Assembly: GCA_030041375.1 (NCBI GenBank)
Contig: JASHOA010000022.1
Span: forward strand, 106,894 to 170,893
Direction of reading: 5' to 3'
Source of the DNA: Acetobacteraceae bacterium
GTDB taxonomy: Bacteria > Pseudomonadota > Alphaproteobacteria > Acetobacterales > Acetobacteraceae
Length of the DNA: 64,000 bases
Positions 57,283-64,000 of this stretch are shown here, one piece after another. Position 1 is the stretch's first letter. Every line of letters starts with the position of its first letter. The notes under the pieces are model-generated. The model did not search any database. It was not told where the DNA came from and saw only the letters and a list, made by a program, of their open reading frames with translations. The translations under genes were made by a program, and so were the position numbers.

Positions 57283-58518
57283 TCAGTAGCCGAATGCGAG
57301 ATGCGTGAGGACAGCGAGGGCACGACCGGCAAGGCCAAGCCGCGGCACGGCGATGGCGGCGTAGAGCTCGAGCCGGGCCGGCGGCACGCCCTGCCCGTCG
57401 AGGAGGAGCCAGCCGAGCGGCTGGCCGGCGGAAATCGGCGCGGGGACCGGGGCTTCGTAGATCGCGCGGATGTGGGCGGTGCGGCGCCATTCGTGGGGCA
57501 GCGTTGCCACGAGATCGGTGAGGCCGGCGAGCGGCACGGTCGGATTGCTGCCGAGCCAGACCGGAACGGCGGCGACCGGGGTTCCGGCCTTGAAGAGAGT
57601 GACGTCCTCGAAGGAACGGAACGCCCAGTCGAGCAGGCGCACACCTTCGGCGGTGCGGTCCGCCTCGGTCGGCATGCCGTTCAGCACCATGATGATGCGT
57701 CTTTCGTCACGCTCAGCGCTGGCGCACAGCCCGTAGCCGCCGGCATCGGTGAAACCCGTCTTGAGGCCGTCGGCGAGATTCTCCTGCACGAGCTGGTTGC
57801 GGTTGTACTGCTTGATGTTGCTGAAGGTGAAGACCTTCTCTGATGCGTAATGATAGTAGTCGGGGAACTCGCTGATGATCAGGCGCGCGAGGGTGGCGAT
57901 GTCCTGGCAGCACATGTAATGCCCGGGTGCGGGCAGACCCGTTGCGTTGATGAAATGGGAATTGACGAGGTGGAGTTGCTGTGCGGTGTGGTTCATCAGC
58001 TCGGCGAAGGTCTCCTCCGAGCCGGAGATCGCCTCGGCGATGACGACGCAGGCATCGTTGCCGGAATCGACCTCGATACCCTGTATGAGATCGGCGATGC
58101 TGACGTCGCCGCCGAGCGGAACGAACATCTTCGAGCCGCCGGTGCGCCAGGCGGCGCGGCTGACCGGCAGCGTCTGGTCGAGCTTGAGTTGGCCAGCCTT
58201 GAGCTTGCTGTAGACGATGTAGAGCGTCATCAGCTTGGTCATCGACGAAGGCGGCATCGCCTCGGTTGGATTCTTTTCGAGCAGCGTGGCGCCGGTGTTG
58301 AAGTCGAGGATCAGGGCCCAGCGCGCTTCGGTTCCGAGCGGCCCGAGCGGGGTTGTGGCGGGCGTGAAGACGCGCTTGATCGCGTGCGGGCCGGCGAGCA
58401 GGGGAGGCTCCGTGGCGGCCGGCGCGCGTGCCGGCTGGGCGGGTGGGGCGGCGGCGAGCAGAGGCGCGGGCAGGAAGCCGGCCAGGGAAGCGAACAAGAG
58501 CGAACGGCGTGAGGGCAT
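57283..58518 (-). CDS. dacC: D-alanyl-D-alanine carboxypeptidase (S11, PBP5/6-like)
   Basis: 411 aa from ATG 58518. SMTK, SGN (VDSGNDA) and KTG (LKTGFT) motifs, plus a signal peptide. Confidence 0.9.
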   Translation of the reverse strand: MPSRRSLLFASLAGFLPAPLLAAAPPAQPARAPAATEPPLLAGPHAIKRVFTPATTPLGPLGTEARWALILDFNTGATLLEKNPTEAMPPSSMTKLMTLYIVYSKLKAGQLKLDQTLPVSRAAWRTGGSKMFVPLGGDVSIADLIQGIEVDSGNDACVVIAEAISGSEETFAELMNHTAQQLHLVNSHFINATGLPAPGHYMCCQDIATLARLIISEFPDYYHYASEKVFTFSNIKQYNRNQLVQENLADGLKTGFTDAGGYGLCASAERDERRIIMVLNGMPTEADRTAEGVRLLDWAFRSFEDVTLFKAGTPVAAVPVWLGSNPTVPLAGLTDLVATLPHEWRRTAHIRAIYEAPVPAPISAGQPLGWLLLDGQGVPPARLELYAAIAVPRLGLAGRALAVLTHLAFGY

Positions 58519-58541
58519 GGCTCTCTCTTCCTCGCGTTGCC

Positions 58542-59408
58542 TCACTCGACGACCAGGCGGGCGCCCGGCGCGCCAGCGGCGAGGACTTCCTTTAGCACGG
58601 CATCCGCCTCGGGAATCGACGCCAAGGGGCCGATCCGCACCTCGACCTTCAAGGTGCCGCTGCCATAGCGGGGGATCATGGTGGCGCCGAAGCGCGCGAG
58701 CGATGCAGCCTCTAGTTCGGCATAGGACTGGCTCGTGAAGATGCCGGTGCGGATGAAGAGCGCACCTGGCGCCGGCGCAACGCTGGAGAGAAGGCCCGGC
58801 CGTTCGCTCTGCGGCACGGCGGCGGGTGGCGCCGGAGCCTGCTTTTCCGGCGCGGCGGGAACGGCCGAAGCAGTGCCGGGAAGCGGCGGCAGCGCGCTCA
58901 CCGAGACGTGGCCGACAGGCGCGCTGGCGATCGCCAGCGCGGGTCCACCGGGGAGCGAGAGCGCGAGCGCCTCGCTGGCAGCGGGCAGCACCTGGATGCG
59001 GACCCGGGCGACACCGGCGGGAGAAAATCCGAGGAGGGAAGCGACGCGCGGCGTGACGGCGAGAGTGCGCGCGGGATTTGCCGGACCGCGGTCGTTGATG
59101 CGGACGACGATCTGGCGGCCGTTCTCGAGGTTGGTGACGCGCGCGATGGCCGGGAGCTGCAACGTCGGATGGGCGGCGGCGAAGGCCTCCGGGCTGTAGG
59201 GCTCACCATCGGCGGTATGACGCGGCGCCCGGGTCGGGTAGACAGTGGCGATTCCGGTTTCGTCATAAGAGAAGTCGGCCTCGGGGTATTGCCAGACGCC
59301 GTCGGCTTCGTAGGGGGATCCGACGATGTAGTGGAGCGCCGGATGCGGGGGTTTTTGCAGGCAGCCGGCGAGGGGGAGCAGAAGAAGAAGCGCAGAATGG
59401 CGGTTCAC
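58542..59408 (-). CDS. rlpA: Septal-ring lytic transglycosylase RlpA-family lipoprotein with C-terminal SPOR domain
   Basis: 288 aa. Lipobox LLPLAGC. DPBB block AAAHPTLQLPAIARVTNLENGRQIVVRINDRGP. SPOR-like C-terminus. Confidence 0.88.
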   Translation of the reverse strand: MNRHSALLLLLPLAGCLQKPPHPALHYIVGSPYEADGVWQYPEADFSYDETGIATVYPTRAPRHTADGEPYSPEAFAAAHPTLQLPAIARVTNLENGRQIVVRINDRGPANPARTLAVTPRVASLLGFSPAGVARVRIQVLPAASEALALSLPGGPALAIASAPVGHVSVSALPPLPGTASAVPAAPEKQAPAPPAAVPQSERPGLLSSVAPAPGALFIRTGIFTSQSYAELEAASLARFGATMIPRYGSGTLKVEVRIGPLASIPEADAVLKEVLAAGAPGARLVVE

Positions 59409-60394
59409 GAGGTGACGCGATCACCGAGCAGGCCCACTCCAAGCGCGTAGAAGTCGGAGGGATTGTAACGGCGGATCGCCTGGAAGTTCGGGAAAACAAG
59501 ATAGGCCGGTCCGCCTGACCCGCCGGGCATGATGAGGCGGGCGGGAATGGCGGTCTCCGGCAAGGGAGTGCCGTCGAGACCACGGAAGCCGAGGCGCGAG
59601 AAGGCGACCAGCGGCCGGGTGGCGGAGGAGGCGGCAAGCGCCGGCGACAGCGCGGGCGGGGGCAACACCTGGCGGCCCCAGGATTCGCCGGCACGCCAGC
59701 CGCTCTGGACGAGATAATTGGCGATCGAGGCGAGCACGTCGGCGATGTCGGTCCAGATATTGCGTTGGCCGGTGCCGTCGAAGTCGACAGCATAAGTGAG
59801 GTAGGCGCTCGGCATGAATTGCGGCTGGCCCATCGCGCCGGCCCAGCTTCCGAGCATGCCCTGCGGCGTGACATCGCCGTGGCCGAGGATTTCGAGCGCG
59901 GCGATGAGTTCGGAGCGGAAATAGCTGCCGCGGTCGGTCGAATAGGCCAATGTGGCAAGCGAGCGGACGACCGGAAAACCACCCTGATAGCCGCCGTAAT
60001 TGCTCTCCAGGCCCCAGATGCCCATGACGACGGAAGGAGAGGCAGGGTAGCTACGGGTCACACGGCCGAGGAGGTCCTGGTTGGCGGCGAAGAGGGTGCG
60101 GCCCTGAGAGATGCGATCAGAGGAAAGGACGGCAGCGGCGTATTCCGCCCAGGTCTCGGTGAACTCAGGCTGATGGCGATCAAGCTCGATGACCTTGGGG
60201 TCGGGTGAGAGGCCGGCGAACGCAGCGGAGATTGTCGCGGGGGCGATGCCGCGGCGTTCCGCCTCGGCGCGGACGGAATCGAGGAAGCCTTGAAAACCGG
60301 GGGCGGCGGCGACGGGGCACGCGAAGAGGACAGGCAGAACAGGTGTAGCCGCGAGCGCCATGCCGAGAGCGCGGCGGCGGGTGCAATCGAGCAT
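59405..60394 (-). CDS. Lytic murein transglycosylase (MltB/SLT_2-like)
   Basis: About 329 aa from ATG 60394. GIWGLESNYG..GAMGQPQFMPSAYLTYAVDFDG..NIW are typical. Signal peptide with RRR. Confidence 0.85.
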   Translation of the reverse strand: MLDCTRRRALGMALAATPVLPVLFACPVAAAPGFQGFLDSVRAEAERRGIAPATISAAFAGLSPDPKVIELDRHQPEFTETWAEYAAAVLSSDRISQGRTLFAANQDLLGRVTRSYPASPSVVMGIWGLESNYGGYQGGFPVVRSLATLAYSTDRGSYFRSELIAALEILGHGDVTPQGMLGSWAGAMGQPQFMPSAYLTYAVDFDGTGQRNIWTDIADVLASIANYLVQSGWRAGESWGRQVLPPPALSPALAASSATRPLVAFSRLGFRGLDGTPLPETAIPARLIMPGGSGGPAYLVFPNFQAIRRYNPSDFYALGVGLLGDRVTS

Positions 60395-60516
60395 GCGGGC
60401 CTTCTGCCACGCCGGGAGAGCGCTCCGCAATGCACAAGAGGGCGGCAGGCTGCCTGGAAGGGAGGAGGCGGTTGCGCCAGAATGAGGCGGGCGGGCGCAC
60501 GGCAAGGACCGGAGAA

Positions 60517-61914
60517 ATGAGCATCACGAGAGAGCTTGCCACCTTCACGGCTGGAATCACGGTGGAAGACTTGCCGGCGGAGGTGACTGGGCGGGCGCGG
60601 TTCCTGGTGCTCGACCTGATCGGCAACATCGTGCGTGCGCGGGCCAAGGCCGAGAGTACACCGGCGCTGCTGGCTGGGATCAGGGCGCTCGGGCTGGGTG
60701 GAGGGAGTGCGGGCGTGTTCGGGGATTCGACCCGGTACACGCCGATGGGTGCCGCGCTTCTGAACGCAACGCTCGGCCATTCGCTGGACTTCGACGACAC
60801 ACACGCGGCGGGATCTCTGCATCCCGGGGTGACGGCCATTCCGGCGGCGCTGGCGGCGGGCGAGATGGTGGATGCTGCGGGAGCCGACGTGCTGGCCGGG
60901 ATTGTCGCCGGCTACGAGGTTTCATGCCGGCTGGCACTCGCGCTGCCGGCGGGAGAGCACTATGCGCGCGGCTTCCATCCCACGGCGACCTGCGGGGCGT
61001 TCGGCGCGGCGGCGGCGGCCGGGCGGGTGTTCGGGCTTGCTCCGGCAGCGATGCAGTCTGCGTTCGGGATTGCCCTTTCGCAGTCTGCGGGGAGCCTCGA
61101 GTTCCTGGCGGACGGCGCCTGGACGAAGCGGTTCCAGGTCGGCTGGTCCTCGATGAGCGGGCTGGCGGCGGCGCGTTTTGCGCGCGAGGGATTCAAGGGG
61201 CCGCTCTCAGCCTTCGAAGGGCGGCATGGATTCCTGCGCGCCTATGCCCCCTCCCCTCGCCCGGAACGCGCGCTCGAAAATCTCGGCAGCGTCTTCGAGT
61301 TGATGAATACCGCCGTGAAGCCCTACCCGTCTTGCCGGTTCGGTCATGCGGGGATCGACGCCGCCCTCGCGCTCAGGGCCGGGCACGGGCTTCGGCCGGA
61401 AGAGATCGAGGCAGTGATACTCGGAACGTCGAAGGCCGGGATGCGGCTGATCGGCGAACCGGCAGAGAAGAAGGCAGACCCGAAGAATGTGGTGGATGGG
61501 CAGTTCAGCGGCCCGTTCGTGCTGGCCGTCGCGCTGGCTACCGGCGGCATGGCGTGGGACAGCTACCGGCTGATCGAAGATCCCCTGGTGCGCGGCCTGT
61601 TGCCGAAGATTCGTTGCCAGGAGGATGAAGAGATCGAGGCGCTATTCCCGATGCACATGGCCGGCAAGGTGACGATTCATGCACGCGGGCGGCGCTTCGA
61701 GAAGACCGTGCGCGTGCCGAAGGGCGAGCCCGGCAATTTCCTGACCGAGGCAGAGCTTCGGGAAAAATTCGCGAGCCTGGCAGAACCGGTGCTGGGGCAG
61801 GCTCGGGCGGCGGCACTCGCGGAGGCGGCGCTCGGCATCGCGGAGCTTGCCAACGTGGCGAGCCTCTTGCGTGAGGGCCGGCCGGCGGCGCCGGCGCGGC
61901 TGGCAGGGGACTGA
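60517..61914 (+). CDS. MmgE/PrpD-family protein (2-methylcitrate dehydratase-like)
   Basis: 465 aa from ATG 60517. LDLIGN, GHSLDFDDTH, FHPT and KPYPSCRFGH motifs. Confidence 0.88.
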   Translation: MSITRELATFTAGITVEDLPAEVTGRARFLVLDLIGNIVRARAKAESTPALLAGIRALGLGGGSAGVFGDSTRYTPMGAALLNATLGHSLDFDDTHAAGSLHPGVTAIPAALAAGEMVDAAGADVLAGIVAGYEVSCRLALALPAGEHYARGFHPTATCGAFGAAAAAGRVFGLAPAAMQSAFGIALSQSAGSLEFLADGAWTKRFQVGWSSMSGLAAARFAREGFKGPLSAFEGRHGFLRAYAPSPRPERALENLGSVFELMNTAVKPYPSCRFGHAGIDAALALRAGHGLRPEEIEAVILGTSKAGMRLIGEPAEKKADPKNVVDGQFSGPFVLAVALATGGMAWDSYRLIEDPLVRGLLPKIRCQEDEEIEALFPMHMAGKVTIHARGRRFEKTVRVPKGEPGNFLTEAELREKFASLAEPVLGQARAAALAEAALGIAELANVASLLREGRPAAPARLAGD

Positions 61915-61992
61915 GCGCAGCGTGGCCGATTTCCGGTTCTCGAACGTCCATGCAGAATGGATGGTACGTGATACCCGGGCCGTGATGGGCTG

Positions 61993-62100
61993 GCGCTCGG
62001 GTCCCGATTCCGAAGTCCGTCAGGATGGTCCCGGGCCGGGATCGGGACACTCGTCATTTGTTTTGAGTGGCCTCTGATCCCCTCCGTTCGCTGCAAGGGG
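61993..62100 (+). repeat. ~108-nt intergenic repeat R1, copy B
   Basis: See copy A. It lies 79 nt after the PrpD-family stop. Its 3' end runs in frame into the aminotransferase remnant. Confidence 0.85.
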
Positions 62101-62614
62101 ACGCAGATCTTCGATGTCGATGGCCGGGAATATGACGACCTGACATCGGAGATGATGAGCCAGACGCCTGGGCACGTGCACCCGGACATCGCCGAGACGA
62201 TGCGGGAGCAGGCTGAGGTTCTGGCCCAGGAGTTGTCCTGGTACTCCAATCCGTGGCTCATCAAGTTCGCCGAACTGCTCGGATCGACGCTGCCGGGCAA
62301 CCTTTCGGTGGTCAATTTCCCGCTGACCGGCTCGGAGGGGAACGAAGTTGCGTTCCGGATGGCGATCGCGAAGACGGGGAAATTCGACATTGTCTCCGTT
62401 GTTCGCGGATTGCACGGGGGAGCCTCGGGGTAGAATCGGTGACCAGCGTCGGGGCGCCGGGAAGCACTCACTCGCGCCGCCCTTGATGCCGTCGCGTGCG
62501 GCGACGATCGCGACGCCGTTCTGTTATCGCTGCCCGCACGGTTCCCGCCATTCCGGAGCGCGCAACCAACTCTGGGCGATGAACCTCCCCGGCGGCGGCC
62601 GCCGCGGGCGATGA
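62068..62614 (+). pseudogene. Decayed class-III (omega/acetylornithine-type) aminotransferase: N-terminally eroded, at least 2 frameshifts, 3'-truncated
   Basis: Frame 1: WPLIPSVRCKGTQIFDVDGREYDDLTSEMMSQTPGHVHPDIAETMREQ..LTGSEGNEVAFRMA..GLHGG*. It continues in frame 0 (GSLGVESVTSVG) and then frame 2 (..PPLMP..ATPFCYRCPHG..). Only about 180 of the expected ~440 codons remain. Confidence 0.75.
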
Positions 62615-62651
62615 AGCTCGATCACTTTTCAAGGATTGATGGTAGCTCTAG

Positions 62652-64000
<1,349 letters not shown>

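Overview
High-GC (about 65-68%) alphaproteobacterial chromosomal segment. The class call rests on a circularly permuted two-piece tmRNA gene and an alpha-type SspB. The family cannot be named without a database search. The window is almost fully coding. Left to right it holds: two M20 amidohydrolases; an RpfF-type DSF synthase convergent with a REC-PAS-GGDEF-EAL protein; argG; a hopanoid side-chain/transport cluster (hpnN, hpnK-J-I, hpnM, dxs, ispH, hpnH) interrupted by a SnoaL/MmyB-type regulator pair; a periplasmic oxidation module (PQQ alcohol dehydrogenase with a lanthanide-type D-x-D signature, cytochrome c, IorAB-type Mo/FeS oxidoreductase) plus a deletion remnant of a second iorAB copy; the gpmI-envC-ctpA-yibQ-rppH envelope block; sspB preceded by the tmRNA gene ssrA, which the ORF track cannot show; thyX, ribokinase and small redox enzymes; leuB-leuD-leuC-rplS; a decayed, partly lower-GC islet of about 4.85 kb wedged between trmD and rplS (RES-Xre and HicAB toxin-antitoxin pairs, IS256 fragment, orphan C39-like cysteine peptidase, chimeric pseudogenes, a 43-aa basic sORF); trmD-rimM-rpsP-ffh; msrA; metG-holB-tmk-dacC-rlpA-mltB; a PrpD-family gene; a decayed aminotransferase; and the first 1.3 kb of katG, also missing from the ORF track. 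Two short intergenic repeat families were found by eye. All functional calls come from motif recognition and remembered family sequences. No search or computation was possible, and start codons were chosen by hand from ATG/GTG plus Shine-Dalgarno context.
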